64,000 nt of DNA, taken from NCBI GenBank assembly GCA_000146045.2, contig BK006938.2:800001-864000 (forward strand), given 5' to 3'. Origin of the DNA: TPA_inf: Saccharomyces. Its lineage: Eukaryota. How positions within the stretch are numbered: the first letter of the stretch is position 1; each line of letters begins with the position of its first letter. This document shows positions 45,952 through 56,897 of this stretch, piece by piece. The notes beneath the pieces were generated by a model. It ran no database searches. It saw only the letters and a program-made list of their open reading frames with translations, and had not been told where the DNA came from. The position numbers and the translations under genes are program-made.

Positions 45952-47946
45952 CTAATATATGTTGCTGTTTCTACTGGAGTAATTATTTTTATCATTACTA
46001 CGGGAGAATGAGCGTCTATTGTTGTTGCTGCGTCTAAACGGTTCGTCATCGTAATCTCTATTTTGGCTCCTATTATTATAGTTTTTGTTGCCTCTGAAAG
46101 AAATTTCTGAATCATCATCATAATCGTAGGACTTGTTATTTCCATCTCTACTACTATAGTCTCTAATTTCAAACATTGCCTTACCAATTGGACTACGGCT
46201 CAAACCTAATTTATCTAAAAACCTTCTGGATACTGGAATCTTTAATTGAGGATCATTTAACAGTACACCATAAGTGGAAGCAATTTCAGGAAGTATGCGC
46301 CTTTCAGAAAACCTGTATTCCTTGATACAGGATCTGTAGGATGAGATTAAACTTATTACAATATCTGATATGTCTTCCGGTTCTTCGGTCACTGCCTCTA
46401 GGACCTCAGATTTTATTTCTTCACTGGGCTCATATTTTTCTTGTTTGGCAATGACTATATTTTTTGCATCTTCCAACTCTCTAACAAATGGCAATTCATC
46501 TTTACAAATGAATAGCACAGAAGATCCTTCTTTCCCACTTCTGGCTGTTCTACCAATTCTATGAATATAATTAGCCAACTCAGATGGAACACCAATTTGC
46601 AAAACTTCGTGGACGTTTGGGAAATCCATACCACGGGCTCCCACATCCGTACAAACCAAAATACCGGATTCATCTTTTTTGAATCTTTTAACTAAACTTG
46701 TTCTTTTATTTTGAGTAATTTTACCATGAAATTCCAAAATTGGTAAATCTTTCTTAAATTCATTCTTTAAAATACTGCACAAAAAGGATGTGAATTTAAC
46801 AGTTGGTGCAAAAATAATGGCTTTGTAATTAGAATCTCTTTCCTTTATTTGTTTCTTTATATGCTCCACAGCAGCAAATATACTATTGGCAAACTTTTCT
46901 GAAATGACGACAGACTGATCAATTCTTTCATGTGCTTCAGGTTCATTCTTATCTACTGTGTCTAAAAAGAGACATTCTTTTTTATTCATGATATTGTTTG
47001 CCAACTTTTGTACTTTGTCGTCCAGAGTAGCAGAGAACAACAAAGTCTTGATATTATCGGCTGATTTGGAGTTCTTTTCATTTAAAATACCAGAAATAGT
47101 TTCTAAATCATCCCTGAATCCAATTTCTAGCAATCTGTCAGCTTCATCTAGCACTTTGTAATCTACGAACCTAAAAAATTTGTTGGAGTATTTTTCCAAA
47201 ACATCAATCAATCTCCCTGGAGTGGCAATTACAATGTTTGGTCTCAACTTATTCATTTTATTCATAGCTGCCCTGAAGTCAGTACCACCAACTAAAGAGA
47301 CACAAGCGTACTTTTTCAAGCCATAATTCATATCGTGGATTTTTTTCACCTCTGCTTCGATTTGCAAGGCCAAATCTCTTGTTGGTGCGACAATAACAGC
47401 TTTTACCATATATTGAGAATCGAACTTCGTATTTATCAAATGCTGGAAAATTGGAATCAAGAAGGCAAATGTCTTACCTGTACCGGTTTTAGCTCTTGCG
47501 ATAACATCATGGTCTTCACTGGATAATATTGGTTTGATAGTCTTTTGCTGTACAGGAGTTAAACCGGGAAATTCCATCCTGGTAATGGCTTTATGTATTT
47601 CTTTATCAAGGACTCCTTCCTCCAGTAAAGAGTCCAGCGTTACTTCTTTACTATTATCTTCTTTTGGGACGTGAATTAGTTTGGAAAAAGTGGTCTTATC
47701 AAAGTGCACTTCATCATCGTCTTCTCTAGACCTTGTCCTTGGGCGAGAATTGAAACGGGAGTTTCTATACCTGTTACTGTTGTTGTTTCTCTGATTCCTA
47801 CCAAAATTTCTTTGATCTCTGTTTCCATCATTGTATAATCTTCTTGAAACAGCCCAAGTAATATGGTTGCAATTCGAGAGAGCTGCTAATAAATTTCTGC
47901 TTGCAAGAACAGGTGTGCGACCTTTTATCAATATAGAGGTCAACAT
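45952..47946 (-). CDS. MSS116: Mitochondrial DEAD-box RNA helicase, 664 aa
   Basis: Mitochondrial presequence MLTSILIKGRTPVLASRNLLAALSNC…, then helicase motifs: Q/GLTPVQ, AKTGTGKT (I), DEAD (II, as LDEADRLLE), SAT, and HRIGRTAR (VI). A basic Arg/Asn-rich C-terminal tail is present. Confidence 0.93.
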   Translation of the reverse strand: MLTSILIKGRTPVLASRNLLAALSNCNHITWAVSRRLYNDGNRDQRNFGRNQRNNNSNRYRNSRFNSRPRTRSREDDDEVHFDKTTFSKLIHVPKEDNSKEVTLDSLLEEGVLDKEIHKAITRMEFPGLTPVQQKTIKPILSSEDHDVIARAKTGTGKTFAFLIPIFQHLINTKFDSQYMVKAVIVAPTRDLALQIEAEVKKIHDMNYGLKKYACVSLVGGTDFRAAMNKMNKLRPNIVIATPGRLIDVLEKYSNKFFRFVDYKVLDEADRLLEIGFRDDLETISGILNEKNSKSADNIKTLLFSATLDDKVQKLANNIMNKKECLFLDTVDKNEPEAHERIDQSVVISEKFANSIFAAVEHIKKQIKERDSNYKAIIFAPTVKFTSFLCSILKNEFKKDLPILEFHGKITQNKRTSLVKRFKKDESGILVCTDVGARGMDFPNVHEVLQIGVPSELANYIHRIGRTARSGKEGSSVLFICKDELPFVRELEDAKNIVIAKQEKYEPSEEIKSEVLEAVTEEPEDISDIVISLISSYRSCIKEYRFSERRILPEIASTYGVLLNDPQLKIPVSRRFLDKLGLSRSPIGKAMFEIRDYSSRDGNNKSYDYDDDSEISFRGNKNYNNRSQNRDYDDEPFRRSNNNRRSFSRSNDKNNYSSRNSNIY

Positions 47947-48598
47947 TTATCAGCCTAACGTGCAACTCTGGTATTTTCTTGCCACTCTGAGACACCATAG
48001 TGGCCATCAATACTTCCCTTCTTTTTATAGGAAAATTTTATTCTTTCTATAATATCACTACAGACGGAGAATGAAACAGATGATGATTGAAGCATCCATA
48101 AGTAAAGACACTTTGAGGTTGCTAATTTGCTTTTTTGAAATAAAACAGTGCCATATATCACTCCAGCCTACTTGTTATTATCAGAATTGGGTACGGTATT
48201 CATCTATATATTACCAGTTGTAAATCACGATATATCACGATACACGACTCTCCGGCGCCAGCGTTTTTCGTCAGTTTTTCTCAAGGCGGTATAAAAAATC
48301 GATGATATTCGATTGAGGCACTTGTTAACAAGCATACACTGTTGGAGGCAGAACAAAACAAGCATAACTCTTTTGTACTGTATTGTACTCTACCGCTCTG
48401 TATCACGTCGGCACACCAACGGTTTCTTTTGGCGGGTCTATTATATATATTATATATACTTTTATCAAGACATCGTGTGAGTAAGTGAGGTTAAAGCTCA
48501 AAAACCTACAAGCAAAGGCACAAGGAAATCGAAAGGACCAAGAAAGGAAAAGAAAAGAAACGATACGATAAGTAAAGACACTGTGGAAGAATTGAACA

Positions 48599-50200
48599 AT
48601 GTCAGCACCTGTTCCTCAATTAGTAAATATTTCTCATGCCTTGCAAGCTTCCACTATCCAGCAAATTCGTTTGGATATGGTAGATTTTAATAAAGATTGC
48701 AAATTATCTTCCATTCAACTGGCAAGAATTGACAAGTATATCGATTCTTTGCAAGCGGCTTTGAATCAGTTTACCAAAGATAACTTGCACATAGAACGGA
48801 AGGAAAAGAACGTGACTGAAGCAGATATACAGCTGTATTCTGGCTTAAAATCAATGTATCTAGATTATTTGAACCAGCTAATTAAACTAAAGCATGAGAA
48901 ACAACACCACTCTACACCGCCCATCGCTAATGATGTCTCCCTGGACTTCTTCGTTAACCAATTGCCTAAGTTTTCTCCCGAGGAAAGGAAAAATTACATT
49001 GACAATTTAATCCTGAATAAAAATAGCCATAATCGATTATCTAAAATGGATGGTCTGGTAGATGCAGTCATCAATTTATGCGTCTTGGATACTTCCGTTG
49101 CTGAAAATGTACGATCCTATATGAAATTATTAGATACATTGGGTTTCCAAAAGGGTTCGAATAGTACTGGTACAAAGGCCAACCTCAAAAAGAAATTGGC
49201 TAGTTCGAAAGCAAAGATAAAGGATTCAGAAAAAGAAAAGGAGAAGGAGAAGGATAAATCAAAAGTCAAGATGAAAACTAAATTAAAACCTTCTCCTTTG
49301 CTCAATAACGATGACAAAAATTCTTCTCCATCGCCTACTGCATCTACCTCTTCAATGAAGAAATTGAAGTCGGGTTTATTCAATAAAAATGAAGCTAAGT
49401 CTACAGAATCTCTACCTACTTCTTCCAAGAAAAAACTATCATTTTCTAAATATCTGAACAAGGATGACGCAGATATGACCAAGCTTGGGACTAAACGGTC
49501 AATAGATGTGGATTTCAAAGTCAACCCCGAAGCATCCACGGTGGCTTCTAATATCATATCTTCGTCAACGTCAGGATCGTCAACCACAACGGTAGCGACT
49601 CCTGCTTCTTCAGAAGAGCCCTTAAAAAAAAAAACCAAAATATCCGTGCAAGACTCTAATGTACAATCGATTTTGAGAAATGGTAAACCGAAAAAAGCAC
49701 GCATAAGTAGCATCAAATTTTTGGATGATTCCCAACTAATAAAAGTTTACGGTGACGATCTACCGAACCAAGGGCTACAAGTTTCTCCTACTCAATTGAA
49801 AAAAATTCTGAAACCATTCAAGGAGGGGGAACCGAAGGAAATTATATTGTTCGAGGATATGTCAATCAAATTAAAACCTCTTGATTTGATGTTTCTGAAG
49901 AACACAAACAGTGATGACTATATGGATATATCCGAGACTAAAGGTGGCCCAATACATTGTGAAACAAGGACCCCGTTGATCTATAGAAAAAATTTCAATC
50001 ATTTCAACCCGGACTTGAATAAAAGGCCGCCAAGAGAACCCATAGAATTCGACTTAAATGGAAATACGAACTCAACCCCGACTATAGCAAAGGCTTTCGG
50101 TAAAAATAGTTTATTACTAAGGAAGGACAGAGGTGGTTTGCCATACAAGCATGTCCCCATAGTAAAAAGAAATAAATATCCTCCAAGACCAGTACACTAA
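48599..50200 (+). CDS. REF2: mRNA/snoRNA 3'-end processing (APT/CPF) subunit, 533 aa
   Basis: MSAPVPQLVNISHALQASTIQQIRLDMVDFNKDCKLSSIQLARIDKYIDSLQAALNQF… 533 aa, with a Ser/Lys-rich middle and a Glc7-binding-like KISV…RISSIKFLDD segment. Confidence 0.85.
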   Translation: MSAPVPQLVNISHALQASTIQQIRLDMVDFNKDCKLSSIQLARIDKYIDSLQAALNQFTKDNLHIERKEKNVTEADIQLYSGLKSMYLDYLNQLIKLKHEKQHHSTPPIANDVSLDFFVNQLPKFSPEERKNYIDNLILNKNSHNRLSKMDGLVDAVINLCVLDTSVAENVRSYMKLLDTLGFQKGSNSTGTKANLKKKLASSKAKIKDSEKEKEKEKDKSKVKMKTKLKPSPLLNNDDKNSSPSPTASTSSMKKLKSGLFNKNEAKSTESLPTSSKKKLSFSKYLNKDDADMTKLGTKRSIDVDFKVNPEASTVASNIISSSTSGSSTTTVATPASSEEPLKKKTKISVQDSNVQSILRNGKPKKARISSIKFLDDSQLIKVYGDDLPNQGLQVSPTQLKKILKPFKEGEPKEIILFEDMSIKLKPLDLMFLKNTNSDDYMDISETKGGPIHCETRTPLIYRKNFNHFNPDLNKRPPREPIEFDLNGNTNSTPTIAKAFGKNSLLLRKDRGGLPYKHVPIVKRNKYPPRPVH

Positions 50201-50273
50201 GCTATGACATGCTGATACATAAACATGTAGTATATATACTCATTTTATATAATGTAATTATAAGATATCAACC

Positions 50274-50999
50274 TTATACCGCTGAAGACTTTTTATTTTG
50301 AAGTTTTTTCATCAGTAATCTGGACATGACGATGCTACTGGCACTTACGGCCCCAAAAGGTGGGAAATACTCCAAAACAGTTCTTAATTTACTAGGTTGG
50401 ATTTTTTTTACAACACTTTCAATCTGTTCGTATAAGTCAACCAATGTGCTGTTATTTTGTAGGATATAGTCAGATCTTGCCATCCTTTCTTCAGTGCTCA
50501 TTTGACTATTTAGCCTGTTTTTTGCATCTTCTTCACTAAGTTCAGGATTTCTTGTCATTAATCTTTCTAGTTGCAATTCTTGCGTACAAATTACGCTTAC
50601 AGTCACTCCGCATATTGAATCCAGATTTCCTTCAAATAAGAGTGGCACATCCAATACACACATTCTATATCCCTTCAAGTAATAGTAGCCAATTTCTTTG
50701 AACATTGCATACCTGATTGCAGGATGTGTTATCCCATTCAAGGCTTGCAAATCTTCTTTATGACTAAAAACCCATTTCCCTAGGGCTTCACGATTTAAAT
50801 GCCCATCCTCCAATAATAAATTCGGTATTTTGTCCTTGAAGTATAACACAATTTGATCATAAGCATTCTGTCCTGGTTCGACCACTTGTCTAGCAATCTT
50901 GTCCGCATCAACAATGGGTAGTTTGTATTTGTCTCTGAGTCTTCTCGACACTGTGCTCTTACCACAAGCGATCCCACCTGTCAATCCCACTACCAGCAT
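50274..50999 (-). CDS. CAB5: Dephospho-CoA kinase (CoaE), 241 aa
   Basis: MLVVGLTGGIACGKSTVSRRL… (P-loop GxxGxGKST of CoaE), …VDADKIAR…. Confidence 0.92.
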   Translation of the reverse strand: MLVVGLTGGIACGKSTVSRRLRDKYKLPIVDADKIARQVVEPGQNAYDQIVLYFKDKIPNLLLEDGHLNREALGKWVFSHKEDLQALNGITHPAIRYAMFKEIGYYYLKGYRMCVLDVPLLFEGNLDSICGVTVSVICTQELQLERLMTRNPELSEEDAKNRLNSQMSTEERMARSDYILQNNSTLVDLYEQIESVVKKIQPSKLRTVLEYFPPFGAVSASSIVMSRLLMKKLQNKKSSAV

Positions 51000-51227
51000 A
51001 TTTTAATTGTGGCTATCTGACAACTTTCACTGAGCTTTTAATTTGGACCGTTATTATTGTGCCATGTATTCTCCCCATCCCCATTCTAGGTAAAACAAGG
51101 GTAAGAACAAAAATTTAAAAAAAAAAAAATAGAAAAAACCTTTGCATATATTTGGGTCTGCCTAATTCATCTAAAGCATATTTCAATTACAACCACGCAA
51201 AGGATTAAAAAAATCCAGAATACGATA

Positions 51228-52397
51228 ATGTCAAGCTCAATACCTAGAGTTTACTCTCTAGGGAACTCAGCCATGACGTACTTACTAGCATTGAGAATTG
51301 CACAACTCCCGAGTCAACCAAAGGTTCCATCAGTTGTTCTTCTTTTAAACGACCAGAAGAAACTGAATAGATTCCTCAATAATGACTCTAAAATTATTGT
51401 TAAATCGAGTAACAACAATAAAGAAACTTATCATAGACAGTTTATGGCATCTTGTGTCCCGCCCATTCTAAGCAATGGTGAAATTGCACCAATTGAAAAT
51501 TTAATTGTCTCAGATCCCTCTTCGAAATTTATCACTGCCCAACTTTCTAAATACAATAAATCTTTGAGACCCGAAACCAACATTCTGTTTTTGAATCCAA
51601 GCTTAAATCTATTGGAACATTTGCATAGATATCGATGGCGCTTTGATGAGGCAAGACCAAACTTGTTCATGGGCTTTACAACACCAGTTGACGTTGGGAC
51701 CATACATCAAGAATTTCAACTGTCTCTCAAAGTGAAAGGAAGGATACAATTTCATATTGCAAAGATTGATGGTTTTCCTCGAATGAGTAGTACTGGTAAA
51801 AGTGCGAGTCTTTCTCTAAGAGGTGACAGGCAGAAAAATGAAAAAGAAAATAATGCGTTTTATAAGTTGTTTAGAGAAATTTCCAGGCTACGATCTGGAA
51901 TAGGTTCCGATCTAGTTAGTTTTGATCTGCATGTTCATGGTTTCCAGGATTTGTTCTTCACTGAACTGGAGAAATTGATATTGGAGAGTTGTACCGAGCC
52001 ATTATTGGCAGTATATGATTGCGTATATAAAAAGGAACTTTTGAAAATCCCCGGAGCACAAGATATAATAAAAAAGTTGATTAGTGAGCAGCTGTCAATT
52101 ATCGATCGATCCTACCCGTCACTAAACACCAACCCAAACTATTCTGTAATCTTTGACAAGGAGAGAATATTTAGCTTGGTGATGAGAGATCTAGAAGTTA
52201 ATGGGCACAAGCGCGCTAAGTTGGCCCAATCTTTAAATCAATTGAATCAAACGAACATTAATGAACTTAACGGATTTTTTGTTTCTCTTGGTAAGTACAA
52301 AAAATGTAACTGCAAGTGGAATGATATACTTCTGACTTTAATAAAAGGGAAACAGTTTATTACTAAGCAAAAAGCACTAGATTATCATTACCTGTGA
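51228..52397 (+). CDS. CBS2: Mitochondrial COB mRNA translational activator, 389 aa
   Basis: MSSSIPRVYSLGNSAMTYLLALRIAQLPSQPKVPSVVLLLNDQKKLNRFL… 389 aa, located between CAB5 and RKM2. Confidence 0.8.
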   Translation: MSSSIPRVYSLGNSAMTYLLALRIAQLPSQPKVPSVVLLLNDQKKLNRFLNNDSKIIVKSSNNNKETYHRQFMASCVPPILSNGEIAPIENLIVSDPSSKFITAQLSKYNKSLRPETNILFLNPSLNLLEHLHRYRWRFDEARPNLFMGFTTPVDVGTIHQEFQLSLKVKGRIQFHIAKIDGFPRMSSTGKSASLSLRGDRQKNEKENNAFYKLFREISRLRSGIGSDLVSFDLHVHGFQDLFFTELEKLILESCTEPLLAVYDCVYKKELLKIPGAQDIIKKLISEQLSIIDRSYPSLNTNPNYSVIFDKERIFSLVMRDLEVNGHKRAKLAQSLNQLNQTNINELNGFFVSLGKYKKCNCKWNDILLTLIKGKQFITKQKALDYHYL

Positions 52398-52532
52398 AGA
52401 AATTTCATGTATATACAATAGATATTCCTAAATTTTCATATATGAATGGCTGCTGCGCACATGTACTTGCGAAGAGAAGCATGGGCACTGGCACTTCCGA
52501 ATTTAAAGTTATTTCTTGGACTTTACAAATAC

Positions 52533-53978
52533 CTATGATTGCAGGTCTTGTAAGTGTTGTGTAAGTATTTTTATATACCCTTTGTATATGGTAATTAAGT
52601 TTTGTAAGCAGAGGTTATTCTCAAGATTAGATACTTTTTCTGTCAACTCGCTAAGCGTCTTTGTATATTTTGCAGTTAAGGAGACCAATAATTCTTTTAA
52701 AACTGAAGAGATTTTTGGCTTGAAGTAATCTTCTGATATGTAACCTTCAATGAATTTTCGAACCCTCCTTTCATCCCTCGTCACATAATAGTTCAATGCT
52801 ACGAATATCCTATAACTGATATCAGTCTCATTGATAGTGTAATCTCCCCAATAATCATGTTCCAATAGAAACGTTTTTACCTCCTTTTTGTCGTCGTCTA
52901 TTAGTTCAATAATTTCGTCAGATATGTCTAAGTAGTTCCATTTGTTTCCGTCTACCACAAATCCATACTCGTTCAGTAAAAAATCATTTGAGTGTGCACC
53001 ATAATTCAAAAAGAGCTCCTCGTTAATGTTGTCATAGAGGTGATCGCCGCATCTAATGGTAAATTGTCCAATTCCAATGATGTTTTCTCCTTCTGACCTC
53101 AACTGAGGACTTAACTGAGGATAGCAGTGCAAATCCGACTCACAAATGTGGTTCATGAAATCGACATACGGCACTAAAGTGAAATTGCTTGGGGAGTCCT
53201 CTATTTTCAACGGAATCTTCGCATAAAGACATCTTGAGTTTATAATAAAATAAACATGTACAAAAAGGGAGAATAACTCATCACTAGTAAATTTATCAGA
53301 ATTTTTCGTACAGCTTAAGGAGCCGTAAATTTCATTCCATTTCAAAACCACCTCTGAAATGGTTTCCCAATCTTCTCTGACAAGGCCACTAATTCTTGCC
53401 ATATGCTTTCGTGAGGCAGCAGGGAGATATTCAATCAGTGAATGGTAACGTGAATTGGGATCACAGTTCCAAATGGCTGGGATTGATCGCAGCTCCTCCA
53501 TTGAGGGCCATACATCAAAGAATGGTTTCCAATCTGAGTAGATTTCATTGTGAGTCCATTTTGGCAATAGAAAATTTTCAACCAATATATAAAATGATAC
53601 CAATTGAAATGATGATAAACTTAACAAAAACTCTTTCGATAATTCGGAATATAATCCATATCTAGGATCGGCCCAGGCTTTATTTTCCGCTTCAATAATA
53701 TTGTCCTCATAATTGATTGGCTTTCTATCGATTGTGATACCAGGAATATTCAGCTCTTTATTAAACTTTGAAATATGATAGAGGATAGTGTGAAAATTTA
53801 GTTGCTTCGAGCTCGGTACTGATACAATGATATCGTTTTTTCTTATCGAACCGTGACTGAGGACGATCCCTCTGCCAGTTTCTGGCGATTCACAGATGCT
53901 GATGTTTGGTGCTATATAAAACTTATCTGATTTTTTCAGCCATGTTAGCAAGACATCAACCTTTCCTTCCATTCGCAA
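52533..53978 (-). CDS. RKM2: SET-domain ribosomal protein lysine methyltransferase. The ORF is 481 aa. The annotated start is probably the second methionine (MEGKVD…), giving 479 aa.
   Basis: MRMEGKVDVLLTWLKKSDKFYIAPNISICESPETGRGIVLSHGSIRKNDIIVSVP… (SET-domain features). Confidence 0.8.
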   Translation of the reverse strand: MRMEGKVDVLLTWLKKSDKFYIAPNISICESPETGRGIVLSHGSIRKNDIIVSVPSSKQLNFHTILYHISKFNKELNIPGITIDRKPINYEDNIIEAENKAWADPRYGLYSELSKEFLLSLSSFQLVSFYILVENFLLPKWTHNEIYSDWKPFFDVWPSMEELRSIPAIWNCDPNSRYHSLIEYLPAASRKHMARISGLVREDWETISEVVLKWNEIYGSLSCTKNSDKFTSDELFSLFVHVYFIINSRCLYAKIPLKIEDSPSNFTLVPYVDFMNHICESDLHCYPQLSPQLRSEGENIIGIGQFTIRCGDHLYDNINEELFLNYGAHSNDFLLNEYGFVVDGNKWNYLDISDEIIELIDDDKKEVKTFLLEHDYWGDYTINETDISYRIFVALNYYVTRDERRVRKFIEGYISEDYFKPKISSVLKELLVSLTAKYTKTLSELTEKVSNLENNLCLQNLITIYKGYIKILTQHLQDLQS

Positions 53979-54278
53979 TTTACTATGTAACTTTTTTGTA
54001 GATATTTATTCAAAATCTGTATCTTCGACAATCTTGAGACTATAGGTGATGAGTAGACGCATCCAGTTTTAGCTTGAGTTCCCGAATTTTTTTTTAATTT
54101 TACTTAATCAAGAAATCTTGAAAAAATGAAAAAAAAGAGTGTGGATCAGAATTGCAAAACAATATTCAAAGTATATGGAATATGTGCTTATTTATAATAT
54201 ATGGTTTTTCTCATTTCTACAGGACAAGCCCTGTTTTTGCTTTGTAGATTATGCTTGTAGTATTTTTCTTCTTTCGAG

Positions 54279-56093
54279 TTATTGTGGCAATTGCTTAACG
54301 GCCGTCGCAACTAAACCGAATGAAATGGCAACTACTCCAAAGAGCATTCCCTTACTAACTCTTGTTCTCTTGCCTTCGACGACTCCTAGTTCTTCAGTGC
54401 TTATTAATGTATCTTCGGTATCCTTTTTTTCTTCTCTTGAATCATTTTGTTTTACTTTAGCGTTATTGTCATTGTTAATACCACCATTAAAATTGCTTTG
54501 TGTTAAAACTAAATTTTTTCCCCTCTCTTCTTCTATTTGAAGGTTCAGCTCTCTTAATTCACTTTCGAGCTCCTGTAGCTTTTCATGGTTTTGTTTTTCC
54601 TTCAAGCTACATGCAGATTTTACTTTATTATTTTGTTGTTTGATTTCTTTTAATTGATCTTCCGATTCTTTGAGTAGCGCATCATTATTTTCTGATAGAG
54701 TTTTTTGTAAAGCCGTGCTCAGTTTCAGTAAATGCTTTTCATTCATATCAATCATGTGCTTATTGATGAAATCAAGGTTTATCGTATAGTTTTGCATAAA
54801 GTTTTGCATGGAATGTAATTTTTCCAGCTCTTGTTTTTCTAAGGACAGCTCAGTAGTCAAAGTTTTTATCATATTTATCAAATTTATGCTTGTACCTGCT
54901 GAATTGTTGATAAAAATTCCACTGAGAACCTCAGTTTCTGGACCTAAAATATCATCATCTAATTCTGAGTTATTAATATCTCCAAACATAGCTGCCTCAA
55001 AGGCTGCCCTTTGAGCCGTTGTTGCAGATGTTACACCAGCTTCGGTATAATTTTCCTTTAAATGAGATCGTATTGGAATGTGTTGATTATGATGACCTCT
55101 GTCTATCTTTATTCCGTTTATATTAGTGGAGTTCCCATTATTCTTATTAGTATGATCTTGTTTTTTCATCACCAAATTTGTGGGATCAGATACAGTGTTC
55201 ATTAAGGGAATTACTGAAATCTCTTCCACATACGCACTGATTTTTCTATGTTCAAACTTTGAGTCAATATCAGTTCCCAAATCCACAGTATCACCAACTT
55301 TTAATTCTACATCATTTTGGCGTATTTTAACCCCATTAACAAATGTCCCATTGCTGGACTTTAGATCGCGAATATATATCTTTCCTGATGTAGGATCACA
55401 ACTGAGACAAGCGTGATTTCTGGAAAGAACTCTTGAGTCAAAATTTCCGTTATCTGGTCTAACTTGTTGCGAAAATAAATCTCTTTTCGATCCTGAATTA
55501 TTCTTGTTTACGCTATTGGTAACTGGTCGACCTAATTTAAGTCCGTCAGGTTTAAATGGTACAACAAGAAACTTGGTCTCAAAAGTTGCATTTAAGGATT
55601 TGAGTATAATAATATGTGTATGCTTCTTACGGGGTGATCCAGTTCTAAATAATGTCTCAGTTGAACCATTTTGGAATTTCGATAATTCGTCCAGTGCCGG
55701 TGGAGATACGGCTTCTACAGGAATTGTTACTTGTCCAGCCGGTGTTGGGTCTATTGAATTGTCATTTTGATCCTGACTTTGATTTTCAAATGGAGAACGG
55801 ATTTTGTTGGCTAATATTGGGGATAATTGTTGCTGTTGTGAAACTTGATGGACGGAAGGTGGAGATGAAGCGGTAGGCAACAAATCTAAGCCTGGTGGTA
55901 TGGTATACTGATCTATATCGACATTTGAACGGGATCCACTGCTTCTCGAGTTTGATCTAGCTCTTCCCATGGGCCTCTTAGGCGGTGACGTTTCTGGCGT
56001 CTTTGTCATTCCCTGCGAATTCGATTGATCCCTAACATAGGGAGAATGTTGCAGTTGCGGAGGGGGCCGTCTTCTTTTTTCCAGTTCTACCAT
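54279..56093 (-). CDS. VPS64: FHA-domain protein (Far9/Vps64, Far complex), 604 aa, with a C-terminal coiled coil and transmembrane anchor
   Basis: MVELEKRRRPPPQLQHSPYVRDQSNSQGMTKTPETSPPKRP…, an FHA core (…FVNGVKIRQNDVELKVGDTVDLG…), C-terminal coiled coils and a hydrophobic tail (GMLFGVVAISFGLVATAV). Confidence 0.88.
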   Translation of the reverse strand: MVELEKRRRPPPQLQHSPYVRDQSNSQGMTKTPETSPPKRPMGRARSNSRSSGSRSNVDIDQYTIPPGLDLLPTASSPPSVHQVSQQQQLSPILANKIRSPFENQSQDQNDNSIDPTPAGQVTIPVEAVSPPALDELSKFQNGSTETLFRTGSPRKKHTHIIILKSLNATFETKFLVVPFKPDGLKLGRPVTNSVNKNNSGSKRDLFSQQVRPDNGNFDSRVLSRNHACLSCDPTSGKIYIRDLKSSNGTFVNGVKIRQNDVELKVGDTVDLGTDIDSKFEHRKISAYVEEISVIPLMNTVSDPTNLVMKKQDHTNKNNGNSTNINGIKIDRGHHNQHIPIRSHLKENYTEAGVTSATTAQRAAFEAAMFGDINNSELDDDILGPETEVLSGIFINNSAGTSINLINMIKTLTTELSLEKQELEKLHSMQNFMQNYTINLDFINKHMIDMNEKHLLKLSTALQKTLSENNDALLKESEDQLKEIKQQNNKVKSACSLKEKQNHEKLQELESELRELNLQIEEERGKNLVLTQSNFNGGINNDNNAKVKQNDSREEKKDTEDTLISTEELGVVEGKRTRVSKGMLFGVVAISFGLVATAVKQLPQ

Positions 56094-56316
56094 GCCAAGA
56101 ATTTACAGTTGTCTTCCTTCCTTCTAATTTCCAGTTGGTGAGACTGGTGACTATCCGTGGGGTCCGGATTGCGATTTACTTTCATTATGTATTTATTATT
56201 GGCGATTATAAAGTTTGTTTTCACAGGGCGTAGTAGTTAGCAACAATGAAAATGAATAATAAACAGATCACAGACGCATATATCTGTGTACGAATTGAAG
56301 GATAGGCAAAATAACC

Positions 56317-56814
56317 ATGACAGATGCTTTGGAACAGAGCGTCCTTGCGTTGGAGGGAACAGTTTCAGTATTGAAGGATTCTGTGGAGTCTTTAAAATGT
56401 GCAAATGAGCCAAGCACGAACCTTGCATCGACAATGTTGCAAACCAAAAGGGTTTTCCGTTTAGTTCCCGAATATGATGTTGAAAGATCAAAATTAGATT
56501 TGATTGAAGAGGTAGAACCGCTGGTTAGGACTCTGGGCGATAAGTTACGTAAATCTATGGGTAGAATGCAAAGGGAACTCGATACTTTGCAGCAAACTTA
56601 TGAATTAAACGATTTAAGGCTAAAGAAGAACATTAGTATGGATGACGATGATGCTCTGAATAGTCCAGACATGGGTCAAGAATACGAAGGCAGAGACGCG
56701 GACGACGTGGTTATGATGGCATCTTCTACTAATGAGGAATTGGAAGAATTGAAGAAACTAAAGGAAAAGAAGAAGCAACTGGAGAATAAGTTGGAAATAC
56801 TCAAACAGAAATAG
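56317..56814 (+). CDS. SPC19: DASH/Dam1 kinetochore complex subunit, 165 aa
   Basis: MTDALEQSVLALEGTVSVLKDSVESLKCANEPSTNLASTMLQTKRVFRLVPEYDVERSKLDLIEEVEPLVRTLGDKLRK…. Confidence 0.88.
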   Translation: MTDALEQSVLALEGTVSVLKDSVESLKCANEPSTNLASTMLQTKRVFRLVPEYDVERSKLDLIEEVEPLVRTLGDKLRKSMGRMQRELDTLQQTYELNDLRLKKNISMDDDDALNSPDMGQEYEGRDADDVVMMASSTNEELEELKKLKEKKKQLENKLEILKQK

Positions 56815-56897
56815 TTAGAAGTTTATTTTTTAAAGCATCCATTTATCTCTTTATCCAGTTTGTATTATAAATTATTGTTAATGTTATCGCTAGTAGA

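Noticed and set aside
49117-49716. 199-aa antisense ORF within REF2
   Set aside because: Antisense to the Ser/Lys-rich low-complexity part of REF2. The frame is kept open by repeat composition.
54139-54540. 133-aa plus-strand ORF overlapping the 3' end of VPS64, and a 105-aa ORF at 57682-57999 overlapping RAV2
   Set aside because: They overlap the 3' or 5' ends of well-supported genes on the opposite strand and are hydrophobic with no motifs. Treated as non-coding.
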